NCBI GenBank assembly: GCA_002498525.1
Contig: DAHR01000008.1
Span: 3,089 to 67,088, forward strand
Source of the DNA: Euryarchaeota archaeon UBA58
GTDB taxonomy: Archaea; Thermoplasmatota; Poseidoniia; Poseidoniales; Thalassarchaeaceae
Reading direction: 5' to 3'
Length of the DNA: 64,000 bases
Each line of letters begins with the position of its first letter. Positions within the stretch are counted from its first letter, which is position 1. A model generated the notes under the pieces. The model did no database searches, was not told the DNA's origin, and worked only from the letters and a program-made list of their open reading frames with translations. Made by a program: the position numbers and the translations under genes. Of this stretch, positions 18,760-28,493 are shown one piece after another.

Positions 18760-20232
18760 TCAGGGTCTCAACTTGGACTTCGCGGTCTGAACGTGTTTGT
18801 CGTCGGGTTCGGCTGCGAGAGCTGCCGTCATCATTTTGTCAACGGTCGAAGCGCGGCCGATCCGCTGCAGAAGAGCACCGATAGGATAGAGCAGTTTGGT
18901 GCGGCTGCCGAGGTGAGGCCCGACCTCGTCGATGATCACCGTGGCTTGAGCGACGTCCCTGCGCTTGGCCGCTTCCATCGCGTCTTTGATCTTCATCACG
19001 ACGTCTCTGTCGCTCCATTCATCCTGTTGTGGCCAGGGCCAGAACATGCTCTGGTCGGGGGAATCGAGGGCATCATTCGCTGCTGCCAGATGTGGTAAAC
19101 TCGGAGCCTGAGTCGCTGGTATTCTCGGAATTCGAGGAGGGGTTGGTAAATCCATGATCGCGTTTGCTCTGGTCAGTGGAATATGTTCGACCCTGCCATC
19201 GAATGCAGCGTCCATCGGGTCCACTGCGCGGGCTGCCACGGGCGGTGGCGAGGGCATGACCGAGGCCGGCATCGGAATGGCTTCGGGGGCGGTCTCAGGT
19301 TGAGATTCCGGCTCGATCTCAGTCTCAATCTCTGTGACCTCTGTGGTTTCCTCCGGAACATCGGACTCGACTTCTTCTCCAAGTATTCGAGCCGTCAGAA
19401 TCGCCTTGGTTCCTGCAGTCGAGAGTCCTGCCTCATCTGCGATCGTGATCAATTCGGATTTCTTCATCGAGAGCAGATTCGATTCGGTCATCTCATCAGA
19501 TTCAGGCTGGGATTCGATTGCTGATTCTGCTTCAGACTCGACCTCAGTTTCGACCTCAGGCACCGATTCAGTCTCTAACTCCGACTTGATATCAGTCTCG
19601 GCCTCCGCCTCAGCACTTTCGGTGTCCTCTGTGTCCTCTGTGCTCTCTGTGGTCACGATGAATCGATCGGGCAAATCGCCGTTCGAATCAGGAACCTCGT
19701 CAGCGGCTACGACCTTCACATTCCGAGGTGCATCCGCCGTCGGCTCGACAAGCGAGAGTTGCTGAGTCTGGATGGCTTCCAGAGGTCTCATATCCTCTGC
19801 TGGAACTTCGAATTTGGTGACGAATTCAGGCGCATCTGCGGGCTGGAGTTCGTAGTCCAGCTCTTCCTCATCTGCGGGCTCTGGATGGTCGACGGTCAGA
19901 GAGAATGTCGGGGCTCCACTGAGTGTGATGATGTCGTCTTCGCCGTACTGCTCGACATCGAGGGTCACATCATCCATGGTGAACTTACCCTTCGACCAAT
20001 CGATGATTCCCTCTTCCTCCTCTTCCTCCATCTCACCAATCAATTCATCGAACAGACTGCTGGCTTCTTCTTCATCCACCGTCGCCACCTGCTCGAAGGA
20101 TGCTTTACCGAGTTGGTACTGACATTGAGCGCACTCCGATGCTCCTTCTGGGTTGTTGGTGTGACACAATGGACACTCCACGGTAGGGCCAATCTTGGCC
20201 TTACGCCAATTCTTGAAGCGGTCGAATACCAT
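18760..20232 (-). CDS. Zinc-ribbon / hyper-acidic / SAP(Rho_N)-like domain protein, function unknown
   Basis: N-terminal CPLCHTNNPEGASECAQCQY zinc ribbon. Long D/E/T/S-rich low-complexity centre. KSELITIADEAGLSTAGTKAILTARIL resembles a SAP/Rho-N helix-extended-helix. Helical C-terminus. Confidence 0.6.
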   Translation of the reverse strand: MVFDRFKNWRKAKIGPTVECPLCHTNNPEGASECAQCQYQLGKASFEQVATVDEEEASSLFDELIGEMEEEEEEGIIDWSKGKFTMDDVTLDVEQYGEDDIITLSGAPTFSLTVDHPEPADEEELDYELQPADAPEFVTKFEVPAEDMRPLEAIQTQQLSLVEPTADAPRNVKVVAADEVPDSNGDLPDRFIVTTESTEDTEDTESAEAEAETDIKSELETESVPEVETEVESEAESAIESQPESDEMTESNLLSMKKSELITIADEAGLSTAGTKAILTARILGEEVESDVPEETTEVTEIETEIEPESQPETAPEAIPMPASVMPSPPPVAARAVDPMDAAFDGRVEHIPLTRANAIMDLPTPPRIPRIPATQAPSLPHLAAANDALDSPDQSMFWPWPQQDEWSDRDVVMKIKDAMEAAKRRDVAQATVIIDEVGPHLGSRTKLLYPIGALLQRIGRASTVDKMMTAALAAEPDDKHVQTAKSKLRP

Positions 20233-20344
20233 GTGTGCACCTCATCAGTGGTGTCGCTTCGGCCGCCATCCCCGTATAACCCTCACTCGCCGTTGTAGAC
20301 AGTGGGCTCATTGCTGCCAACCTCTGGGCTCGGCGCAAAGCGTG

Positions 20345-22294
20345 ATGAGCGAGACGCGCCGGGAGTGCTTCGTGGACGCTGATGATGACTTGCCGGCTCG
20401 CTTCAAGCGGAGTCAGGATCATCATGAGGCTTACTTGGAATTAATCAACTGGGAACTCGATGATGAACTTCAAGCGACCGATGAGCGATTGCGGAACTGG
20501 TCACGCTCCAAACTCAGAGCACATGGATTGGCTCTCTTCGACTTGAAGGCGAAAGCCGATGGTTGGCTCTTCGGTCAGCGTATCGTGAAATTGCAATTCG
20601 AGGGTGGAGGCAAGTTCGGTCAGCATCGCTTCAGGCAGGGCGATATCGTGATGCTGAGCCGCAATGATCCGATATCCGAGAGACCGATAGAGGCTATCGT
20701 CTCGGACCGCTTCAAGAACCGTATTCGAGTGGTCATGCCCGATTTGCCGAGTGAATTGCGGCGCGGCTTCTGGCGTATGGATCGCGCTGCGAACAAAGTC
20801 GCATTCGACAGGATGAGCGAGGCTCTCAACTCAATTTTCGAAGAGGAGGGCGGCGCCCCACTCAGAGATCTCATTCTCGGCATCGTCCACGACCCTGTCG
20901 AGGCGGCGCGGCTTCGTCCTGCTCTCGGCGGCGCCGACCGCCGTCCGATCGATTCACCAGTTGGGCTCAACGAATCCCAGATCGCTGCGGCCAATGCAGC
21001 CATCGAACGCAGACTCACCCTCATCCAAGGACCGCCGGGCACCGGTAAGACTCACACGGCGGTCCGCATCCTACAAGCTTGGGCGAGCCAAGACATCGGC
21101 ACCATCCTCGCCGTCGCCGACTCGAATGTCGCCGTCGACAATCTGCTCGAAGGATTGCTCGGCCTCGGCGTCCGCGCCGTCCGCCTCGGCCAGCCGGTCA
21201 AGGTCCGCGAGAACCTTCGCCTCGCAACGGTCGATGCGCAGATGGAGAATCACCCTCTGCGCCGCGACCTCACAGAGCATCTCGAACTGAACGACAAACT
21301 CGCCCGCAGAATCTCGGGGATGAAGGGCAAGGAGAAGGGTCTGGCTCACCGAGAACTCAACCGCGGTTGGAAGGAGGTGCGTCGAATCCAAGGGCAGATG
21401 CGAGACGATATTCTCAACCGTGCTCAGGTGCTCTGCTGCACCTGCATCGGCGCCGGCCATGTTCTGCTCGATGGACGCCGCTTCTCGCGTGTCCTTCTCG
21501 ATGAAGCGACCCAAGCGACCGAACCCGCGAGCCTTGTGCCTCTGGTACGAGGAGCGCGACAGATCGTCCTCGTCGGCGACCACTGCCAACTACCACCGAC
21601 AGTCATCTCGCAGCGCGCCGAAAAAGGCGGACTGCGCCGCTCCCTCTTTGAGAGATTAGCTAAAATGGGCATCGAGCCCATGCTGCTCGATACCCAGTAC
21701 AGGATGCATCCAGCGATCTCGGCCTTCCCCAATGAGACATTCTACGAAGGCCGACTCATCGACGGCATCGAAGCAGCCGAAAGGCCAGCCCCAGCAGGAC
21801 TGCTCTGGAACGATTGGGAAGCCCCGATAGTCTTCCTGCCACTGAAGGGCGGAGAAGTCCTCTCACCCGACGGAGCATCGAAGGAGAACCCGGCCGAAGC
21901 AGGCTGGATAGCCCGCCTGCTCGAGGGCCTGCTCGAGGCCGGTGACCTCGCCCAGAAAGACATCGGCATAATCACACCATACGCAGGACAGGTGAGGGCG
22001 ATTCGCGACGCCATTCCTGAGAGGTACGACAGTGTCGAGGTTCACACGGTGGACGGCTACCAAGGCCGGGAAAAAGAGGTCATCCTCTTCTCCTGCGTCC
22101 GTTCAAACGACGAGGGCAACGTCGGATTCCTGGCTGATTCTCGGCGATTGAACGTGGCTTTGACCCGAGCCCGCCGCGGATTAATCGTCGTCGGCGATCC
22201 CGATACCCTGCGCAGCGACGAGACCTGGAGCGCCTGGCTCGCACATATCCGCAGTCGCAACCTTGAGGCGTGGCACTTGCTGGGAATGGCCTGA
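20345..22294 (+). CDS. Superfamily 1B helicase, Upf1/IGHMBP2-like
   Basis: Walker A is LIQGPPGTGKTHT. Also ADSNVAVDNLL, Walker B VLLDEATQATE, VLVGDHCQLPPTV, QYRMHPAISAFPNETFYEGRL, TVDGYQGREKEVILFSCVRSN, NVALTRARRGLIVVGD. The N-terminal beta-barrel region is like IGHMBP2. Start at ATG 20345. Confidence 0.85.
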   Translation: MSETRRECFVDADDDLPARFKRSQDHHEAYLELINWELDDELQATDERLRNWSRSKLRAHGLALFDLKAKADGWLFGQRIVKLQFEGGGKFGQHRFRQGDIVMLSRNDPISERPIEAIVSDRFKNRIRVVMPDLPSELRRGFWRMDRAANKVAFDRMSEALNSIFEEEGGAPLRDLILGIVHDPVEAARLRPALGGADRRPIDSPVGLNESQIAAANAAIERRLTLIQGPPGTGKTHTAVRILQAWASQDIGTILAVADSNVAVDNLLEGLLGLGVRAVRLGQPVKVRENLRLATVDAQMENHPLRRDLTEHLELNDKLARRISGMKGKEKGLAHRELNRGWKEVRRIQGQMRDDILNRAQVLCCTCIGAGHVLLDGRRFSRVLLDEATQATEPASLVPLVRGARQIVLVGDHCQLPPTVISQRAEKGGLRRSLFERLAKMGIEPMLLDTQYRMHPAISAFPNETFYEGRLIDGIEAAERPAPAGLLWNDWEAPIVFLPLKGGEVLSPDGASKENPAEAGWIARLLEGLLEAGDLAQKDIGIITPYAGQVRAIRDAIPERYDSVEVHTVDGYQGREKEVILFSCVRSNDEGNVGFLADSRRLNVALTRARRGLIVVGDPDTLRSDETWSAWLAHIRSRNLEAWHLLGMA

Positions 22295-22881
22295 AGGGAT
22301 GCGATTTGTCTGACCACGATTCACCGATCTCGCTGCAAGGCGGCGGCACGCTGGCGAAGCAGTTGGTGGCCGCCGAAGATGGTGGTCACTGGCCTGTTCC
22401 TGAGGGAACAATCCTAGCCAGTGGAGTTAGTCGAGTCGCCGCTTTCAGCGTCGATGTCGTCATCGTCACGACGATTCTCATGGTGGTGACGGGATGGCGC
22501 ATCATGGATGCTTGGAACATCACTCTGTGGTCCTCGCCCGACTTTCATTTCGCCCTCGCGATGGCAGTGATTCTACTCACCGCTCACTGGCTCTACTGGC
22601 GACTGACCGGTCTGCGCTATTCGCGCTCGCTCGGGCAGCGGATGTTCGGATTGGCGGTTCTCGCCGAGGATGGCTCGGCGATGACCAGCGCGATGTTGGA
22701 CGAGCGAGCCGCGCGCAAATTGGTTTTCCTGATTCCTGTGCTCAACGTGGTTTTCGGAATCATCGAATTGCGGCGTATCTCGAGTCGGCACACGCACCAA
22801 TCGAATATCGATCTGCACGTCGGCTCGATCGTCGTGCACGCCGACTCCTTGCCACCCGCCAACAGGAAGCACGTCAGGTAG
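22270..22881 (+). CDS. RDD family membrane protein
   Basis: ASGVSRVAAFSVDVVIVTTILMV, then TM helices and ...YSRSLGQRMFGLAVLAEDG, which is the typical RDD layout. The exact start is uncertain; the GTG at 22270 overlaps the helicase 3' end. Confidence 0.55.
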   Translation: MALAGNGLKGCDLSDHDSPISLQGGGTLAKQLVAAEDGGHWPVPEGTILASGVSRVAAFSVDVVIVTTILMVVTGWRIMDAWNITLWSSPDFHFALAMAVILLTAHWLYWRLTGLRYSRSLGQRMFGLAVLAEDGSAMTSAMLDERAARKLVFLIPVLNVVFGIIELRRISSRHTHQSNIDLHVGSIVVHADSLPPANRKHVR

Positions 22882-22890
22882 GGTGAGAGA

Positions 22891-23520
22891 ATGGACGAAG
22901 CTGTCAGAATCGCTCTGGCGGGCGGCTGCATCGTCTATCCCACAACGACTCAACCGGCGCTGGGTTGCATACCCGAGCCGGCTGCCCTCGACCGCCTTTT
23001 TGCACTCAAAAAGCGGTCGGCCGAAATGCCGGTCAGCATCGGCGTGGCGGACCTTTCACAGGCTGCCACGCTAGTCGAGCTGAGTGATGACCTACCGGCA
23101 TTCCTCGAATCATTTCCCGAGGGCTCGCTGACGGTCATTCTACCCGCCCGCGAGCCACTCGATGCCCGACTCGGAGGCGAGAAAATAGCCATCCGAGTCG
23201 TCGCCCACCCACTCGCAAAAGCATTACTGCGCCGCACCGGACCACTGACAGCAACCTCGGCCAACATCAGCGGCGCACCTCCATCAAAAACCTGCGAGGC
23301 GGCAGCAGCCAGCCTCGCAGAAACAGGCGAAAAAGTAGGAATTGTCGCCGGATTGACGACCTCCGGCCCACCCAGTACTTTGATAGCGTGGCATTCGGTC
23401 TGTGTTCCACTTGAGTGCGCATGCATAGAGGTGCTGAGAGAAGGAATGATTCCGTCTGAGGAGGTTTTGACATGGTGGAAGAATCAGACCTCAAACAATG
23501 GCGAGACGCTGGACATGTAG
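22891..23520 (+). CDS. tsaC: L-threonylcarbamoyladenylate synthase (YrdC/Sua5/TsaC domain)
   Basis: IVYPTTTQPALGC, LFALKKRSAEMPVSIGV, LTVILPA, IAIRVVAHPLAKALLRRTGPLTATSANISG. Confidence 0.8.
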   Translation: MDEAVRIALAGGCIVYPTTTQPALGCIPEPAALDRLFALKKRSAEMPVSIGVADLSQAATLVELSDDLPAFLESFPEGSLTVILPAREPLDARLGGEKIAIRVVAHPLAKALLRRTGPLTATSANISGAPPSKTCEAAAASLAETGEKVGIVAGLTTSGPPSTLIAWHSVCVPLECACIEVLREGMIPSEEVLTWWKNQTSNNGETLDM

Positions 23521-24485
23521 CGCGTCGGACGCTCGAAGGCATCAAGGGTGAAATCGTCGCTGGCAAGGCTTGGGACGATGTTATCGACTCAGCCGAACGC
23601 TTCATCCGCAGACACGGTGGAACACCTGCTTTCCCGGTCACCATCTCGGTCAACCATGTCGCCGCACATTACACGACGAATTCACGGTTGACTCCGCCTG
23701 ATGGTTTCAAGGGGGAGATGGTCTTCCAGAATGGTGACCTCGTCAAACTCGATGTCGGCGTACATATCGCCGGTGCCCTGGCTGACAATGCTATCAGTAT
23801 CGAGGTAGGCAGCGGCGGCAATCACACGGATCAGATCAAGGCGGCGCGCGAGGCGCGCGACGCTTCTGTCGAGATGATGCTTCCCGGCACGCCTTGGCAT
23901 CTGGTCGGGGCGGCTGCAGAACAGGTCCACAAAGACGCAGGCTTCGAGCCGATCCGCAACCTCTGCGGTCACGAATTGAAGCGCTGGAACCTGCACGCGG
24001 GCAAATCGGTCCCGTCCTACGCCTGCGGCTCTGAGAATCCTGGATTCAAAGGAGAGGTCGAGCTTGGCTCGGTCTATGCCGTCGAGCCATTCAACACGAA
24101 TGGAAAGTCCGGCTTGATCGAGAACATCCCACCATCCTCGTCAAGCAACATCTTCCGAGTCACAGGCAACATCACCATTCGCAAGGCGATGTCGAAGGGC
24201 AAGCTCAAACCACTCGGTGCGACCATGGCACGGTACATCGAAGAGCGTTACAACACTCTGCCGTTCGCGGAGCGCTGGGCCTACCCATTGCTCGAGAAGC
24301 CATTCCCTGGTGAAGAGAAGGAGGTGCTGCGCCGCAAGTGGAATGCGCTGATTCGCAAACTGATCTCGATTCGCTTCCTCGAGACCTATGCCGCGCTGCG
24401 TTGCGAAGATCGCGGCATGATTGGCCAATTCGAGCACACAGTTCACATCACAGAGGGCGGACCAGAAATTCTCACGGTGGCATGA
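23472..24485 (+). CDS. map: Methionine aminopeptidase, type 2 (archaeal)
   Basis: FPVTISVNHVAAHYT, DLVKLDVGVHIAGALADNA, GHELKRWNLHAGKSVP, YAVEPFNTNG, FEHTVHITEGGPEILT, plus the helical insert typical of type 2. Confidence 0.9.
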   Translation: MVEESDLKQWRDAGHVARRTLEGIKGEIVAGKAWDDVIDSAERFIRRHGGTPAFPVTISVNHVAAHYTTNSRLTPPDGFKGEMVFQNGDLVKLDVGVHIAGALADNAISIEVGSGGNHTDQIKAAREARDASVEMMLPGTPWHLVGAAAEQVHKDAGFEPIRNLCGHELKRWNLHAGKSVPSYACGSENPGFKGEVELGSVYAVEPFNTNGKSGLIENIPPSSSSNIFRVTGNITIRKAMSKGKLKPLGATMARYIEERYNTLPFAERWAYPLLEKPFPGEEKEVLRRKWNALIRKLISIRFLETYAALRCEDRGMIGQFEHTVHITEGGPEILTVA

Positions 24486-24524
24486 TAGGCGCTCAGTGTA
24501 GCGTTCTGGGGCTTGGGAGGCCGA

Positions 24525-24639
24525 TGTCGCACAACGATTATCAATCGCGGGCGGCAAGGGTCACCCGTACGGGGCCGTGAGGTTCTCGCAGAGTGCATCC
24601 CATCCCCTCGCTTGTGTCTCTCGCCCTGTACACCTCTGA
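24525..24639 (+). repeat. Intergenic imperfect-palindrome element, copy D (most diverged of the + oriented copies)
   Basis: Left arm GCACAACGATTATCA and right arm CCTCGCTTGTGTCTCTCGCCCTGT. These match the arms of the copies at 28353, 36974 and 58404 (for example CACAACGAT, and CCTC.CT.GTGT.TCTC..CCCTGT). Confidence 0.4.
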
Positions 24640-24668
24640 GCGGCCGGCAGGCAGGCTCTGCATAGTCA

Positions 24669-25523
24669 GTGATGGGGGGAAAGTTCCTTGCTGAGGAGGG
24701 CTTCTCTCGGTGCGTGCCGCCACTGAGCGTTGACGATGAGGAGGACTTCGACGACGATGAGTTAGATGATGAGTTCGACGAGGAATCCGATGCCGAGTCG
24801 GATGAAGAGACGGCTGAGGAGTGGGACGAGGATTTCGATGCGATGACTCTCGTAGCGGCCACGGCTCGATTCATCGTCCGTTTTCGCCTCGCCCTAGCCG
24901 CGCTGATGGTCGTCGGAATGCTGGTTACAGCGGCTTCGGTGGTGGTTCCGATGTTTTTCGCCAGCGAGGCGGTGAGCGGTCCGCAGAGTCATCTCTGGGG
25001 GTTCCAAGTCAAGACATCGGATGACAGCACATTCCAGAGCATCTTCGTCGAAGATGGCACGACTGAGATCATCACCTTCGAATTCGACGAATCGACCAAT
25101 GTCTCGCATGTCTACGTCGGAGCTCACTTCAGCGAGAACAACGAGAATATCGGTGTTAATCTGTGCGATTATGTCACCGTCATCATGAATCTCGAAGAGG
25201 TTAACAGAACCGAGCGATATGAGACCAGTCAGACCGATTCGAGAACCAACGACTGCAATGTCGAGGGGGATGCGATCTGGTACAATTACAATCTCACACT
25301 GCCAACCATCTCTCAATTCGAAGGGACTGCTGCTGAGGCTCGCGACCAATGGGAGATTGTCAACATGACAGGTGTCGGTCTGTGGGTCATCGAAATCACC
25401 GTCGATGCTCAGACCTTATTGGAAGACAATGGCGAGGATGTGGATATCACCATCAATACGATGGAGTTTGAAGTTCTGATGACCATCCTCGATGATTCTA
25501 CTGAACCTCAAGTCGAGGTTTGA
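24669..25523 (+). CDS. Hypothetical membrane-anchored/secreted protein with hyper-acidic N-terminus
   Basis: DDEEDFDDDELDDEFDEESDAESDEE tail, then a TM helix (LALAALMVVGMLVTAASVVVPMFF), then an acidic extracellular region. No family recognised. Confidence 0.45.
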   Translation: MMGGKFLAEEGFSRCVPPLSVDDEEDFDDDELDDEFDEESDAESDEETAEEWDEDFDAMTLVAATARFIVRFRLALAALMVVGMLVTAASVVVPMFFASEAVSGPQSHLWGFQVKTSDDSTFQSIFVEDGTTEIITFEFDESTNVSHVYVGAHFSENNENIGVNLCDYVTVIMNLEEVNRTERYETSQTDSRTNDCNVEGDAIWYNYNLTLPTISQFEGTAAEARDQWEIVNMTGVGLWVIEITVDAQTLLEDNGEDVDITINTMEFEVLMTILDDSTEPQVEV

Positions 25524-26377
25524 TCACTGACCGAGCCGAAGAGAGTTACAGCGAGGATGCCGGCGACGACCGCGACGACACCGAGCATCTGCTGGGATGA
25601 TGGTTCTTCGGCCAGAATGAGGATTCCCCAGATGAAGGAAAGAGTAGGTTGCAAGAGAATCGCGAAGGAGGTCAGGCTACCTGGCAGGCGGGGCAGGGCA
25701 TGGGCGATGGCAATCCAACCCAAGACCTGAGCGAGGAGGGCGAGGAGTAGAATCCAAGCGTGGCCGGGCCAAGTCGGAACCATCTCGAAATTGCCTGAAC
25801 CGAAGCTCAGTAGAAACAACGAGGCTGTGGCGCCTAAGGTGGCGTCGAACTGCAGGCTCGGCGCAGGAGCGAGTTCTCTGTTGGCGTAGCGGAAGAGGAG
25901 GAGGAAGCTCGAATAAGCGAAGGCGCCGATGATGCTCAGAATCACACCTAATCTCGGATCCACGCCGTAAGCGGATTCGTCGCCCACTCCAGACATCAGA
26001 TAGACGCCGAATAGAACGATTGGGATTGAGGCGAAAATCGCCTTGTTCGGCCTTTCCTTGAACAGCAGCCACGACATCAGAGTTACGATGATGACCTGTG
26101 AATTGGCGATCAATGTCGATAACCCAGCGCCGATCATATCTATCGCATAATGGTAGGCGAACATGTCGGGGCCCAGAATTACTCCGGCTCCCACCGCAAT
26201 CCAACGAGTCCGTCTGCCACGGTTGTCAGCGCCGCGAACTCTCCAAGCAATCACCGCGAGGAAGGGCAGAGCGTAGAGCATTCGAAAGAAGGCGGCCGAA
26301 CCGGCCTCTACGCCGGAAAGTGAGTAGATTATCGGAGAGAATGAGATTGCGACCGCACCGGCGAGCGCAATCGCCAT
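25508..26377 (-). CDS. EamA/DMT superfamily transporter
   Basis: About 10 TM helices in a two-repeat layout, 289 aa from the ATG at 26377 (MAIALAGAVAISFSPII). The track ORF extends to 26500. Confidence 0.7.
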   Translation of the reverse strand: MAIALAGAVAISFSPIIYSLSGVEAGSAAFFRMLYALPFLAVIAWRVRGADNRGRRTRWIAVGAGVILGPDMFAYHYAIDMIGAGLSTLIANSQVIIVTLMSWLLFKERPNKAIFASIPIVLFGVYLMSGVGDESAYGVDPRLGVILSIIGAFAYSSFLLLFRYANRELAPAPSLQFDATLGATASLFLLSFGSGNFEMVPTWPGHAWILLLALLAQVLGWIAIAHALPRLPGSLTSFAILLQPTLSFIWGILILAEEPSSQQMLGVVAVVAGILAVTLFGSVSDQTST

Positions 26378-26414
26378 ATTCCGGCGATCGTCCTCGAGGG
26401 ACAATCGCTTCACC

Positions 26415-26747
26415 TCACTCGGATGAGGCTTCACCGTCGGCGAGCATCTGCTGAAGCTCGCCGGATTCAAACATCTCGAGAGCGATGTCAGAGCCGCCAA
26501 TCAGCTCGCCGAGGATATAGATCTGAGGCATTGTCGGGAAGTCCGCCCACTCACAGACGGACGGAATCGCACGAGGGTCGGCGAGGATGTTGACGCTGGT
26601 GTATGGCTCCTCTAGTTGCTGCAATACCTGTGCCGCGCGATTGCTGAAACCGCAGAGCGGCTCCTGTGGTGTGCCTTTCATGAAAAGCACAATTCGGTGT
26701 TCGTTGACGAGGCTCTGTAATTCATCTGGTGTCCAATCAAAACTCAT
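26415..26747 (-). CDS. grxD: Monothiol glutaredoxin (Grx4/GrxD, CGFS type)
   Basis: IVLFMKGTPQEPLCGFSNRAAQVL...PQIYILGELIGGSDI. Start at ATG 26747. Confidence 0.9.
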   Translation of the reverse strand: MSFDWTPDELQSLVNEHRIVLFMKGTPQEPLCGFSNRAAQVLQQLEEPYTSVNILADPRAIPSVCEWADFPTMPQIYILGELIGGSDIALEMFESGELQQMLADGEASSE

Positions 26748-26752
26748 TATTC

Positions 26753-27079
26753 TCACTCCTTCTCGGGTCTGCGAATGTGTACGCCGAAGAACTCGGTCTC
26801 CTCCTCGGCATGCGGATCGAAGGCTGTTGCGCCGCTCGACTCCGCCTGCTCCGGAGTCATGCACTTGAGGTCCAGTGCATGGACGATATTCTGGGCGATG
26901 AAGGGTTTGAAGTGGCTGAGTATCGGCCGTTGCCGCTGCAATGGCCGCAAGCCCTCGTAACCCTCTGAGATTACTCGAACGTGGAAATGGTCGCCACTAC
27001 CATGCAGATCGGTCGCCTCGATCCGGGCTTCACCTACGACCTTGGCGACCTCGTCGACCACCCACTGTTCTGTGACCAT
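26753..27079 (-). CDS. bolA: BolA family protein
   Basis: ATDLHGSGDHFHVRVISEGYEGLRPLQRQRPILSHFKPFI...VHALDLKCMTPEQ. Lies immediately upstream of grxD on the same strand. Confidence 0.85.
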   Translation of the reverse strand: MVTEQWVVDEVAKVVGEARIEATDLHGSGDHFHVRVISEGYEGLRPLQRQRPILSHFKPFIAQNIVHALDLKCMTPEQAESSGATAFDPHAEEETEFFGVHIRRPEKE

Positions 27080-27165
27080 TCGCTAACGACCCCGGGCTCG
27101 ACCAATTTGAATGCTCGCGCGCGCATTGTGAACGAGATTCATGCAAACTCTCTGAGTTTGTGGTC

Positions 27166-27846
27166 TCAATTTCCCAATGCAGCGTCGATCGCTGCCTTGT
27201 TGCTGGCGATGCTGGCGCGCTCGTTGATGAGGCCACTGCCGACCACCGCGATGTCGATTCCCCACTCCGCCACCTGCGCAGCGTTGTGGTCTTTGATGCC
27301 ACCATCGATCATCAATTTCGTCGCCCGACCGCCCGAAGCGATCTGTGCGTCGATGGCGGCGCGAAATTCTCTGACTTTGGCTTCAACCTCGGGCATGAAC
27401 GACTGGCCGCCCTTGCCAGGGACCACCGACATCACCAGCACGAGGTCGAGATCGGCCAACATCGGCAGCACAGCATCTGCTGAGGTTGCGGGATTCAGAA
27501 CCGCTCCTGCTTGACAGCCGGCGCCATGAAGCGCTGCGATGAGCGCCGGAAAATCGTCGACGGCTTCGACGTGGGCGATTACAAGGTCAACCCCCGCGTC
27601 GACGTACTGCGACCAAGTCTCTTCGGCATTAGTGACCATCAGATGACAATCGATGAAGATCTCCGGCCCAAGCCTATCGCGAACAGAACGAATCAAGGCA
27701 GGGCCGAAAGTAATCGTCCGATTGATCACCCAATTTCCATCCATGACATCGAGATGTATCCACTCGATGCCAGCATCAATCGCTTCATCGAGGGTCTCAC
27801 CGAGCCTCGTGTAGTCGGCGGTCAAGATGCTCGGTGTAACCTCCAT
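27166..27846 (-). CDS. rpe: Ribulose-phosphate 3-epimerase
   Basis: PSILTADY, IHLDVMDGNWV.N.TFGP, DCHLMV, LVMSVVPGKGGQSF, MIDGGI. Start at ATG 27846. Confidence 0.9.
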   Translation of the reverse strand: MEVTPSILTADYTRLGETLDEAIDAGIEWIHLDVMDGNWVINRTITFGPALIRSVRDRLGPEIFIDCHLMVTNAEETWSQYVDAGVDLVIAHVEAVDDFPALIAALHGAGCQAGAVLNPATSADAVLPMLADLDLVLVMSVVPGKGGQSFMPEVEAKVREFRAAIDAQIASGGRATKLMIDGGIKDHNAAQVAEWGIDIAVVGSGLINERASIASNKAAIDAALGN

Positions 27847-27983
27847 CGCCAACCCCTCAAGCTGAGCCAAGGAGAGTCGGTTCTCAAGCCTATGCCCACA
27901 ACTGAGCAGGAATCGTTTCGCTCACGGCCGAGTAATCAAATTGATAGGACGCCCTCGCAGGCGTGGTGTCCGAGGGTGATTGA

Positions 27984-28301
27984 ATGGGCAGAGTGATTGA
28001 GGCAGGCGACGCGGATTTTGACGCGGTGACACAAAGTGAGGAATGGGTTCTGGTGGACTTCTGGGCGCCTTGGTGCGGCCCTTGCAAAATGATAGCGCCG
28101 GTTCTCGAACAGATTGCTGGCGAGCGTGAAATGACCATCGCCAAAGTCAACACCGACATCAACCAACTCTCTGCTGGAAAATACGGCATCCGCGGAATTC
28201 CCGCCCTGCTTCTGTTCCACAATGGCAGTTTGGTCGATCAGATGTCTGGTGCGATGCCGAAACCCGGCTTCGACGACTGGTTGAATCGCCACATGCAATA
28301 A
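27984..28301 (+). CDS. trxA: Thioredoxin
   Basis: VDFWAPWCGPCKMIAPVLE...GIRGIPALLLFHNG. Confidence 0.95.
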   Translation: MGRVIEAGDADFDAVTQSEEWVLVDFWAPWCGPCKMIAPVLEQIAGEREMTIAKVNTDINQLSAGKYGIRGIPALLLFHNGSLVDQMSGAMPKPGFDDWLNRHMQ

Positions 28302-28352
28302 TTCGCTGAATAATTGAAATCCGTTGCATGCCGACTGTTGCATTCCCGTGAA

Positions 28353-28474
28353 AACCACAGAGAACAGAGAGGCGCGGATATTCACTCTCCGGATATTGGT
28401 AAAGCGCATACGCAGCCCGCCCAGCCATCGACAACAAAATCCTCTCTGTGTTCTCTGTGCCCCTGTGGTTGATT
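28353..28474 (+). repeat. Intergenic imperfect-palindrome element, copy A
   Basis: Left arm AACCACAGAGAACAGAGAGG (28353-28372). Right arm CCTCTCTGTGTTCTCTGTGCCCCTGTGGTTGATT (28441-28474) is its imperfect reverse complement. The right arm matches 37053-37085 with a 27-nt core that differs at one position. Confidence 0.65.
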
Positions 28475-28493
28475 CTCAAAAAATCGGAGAGGT

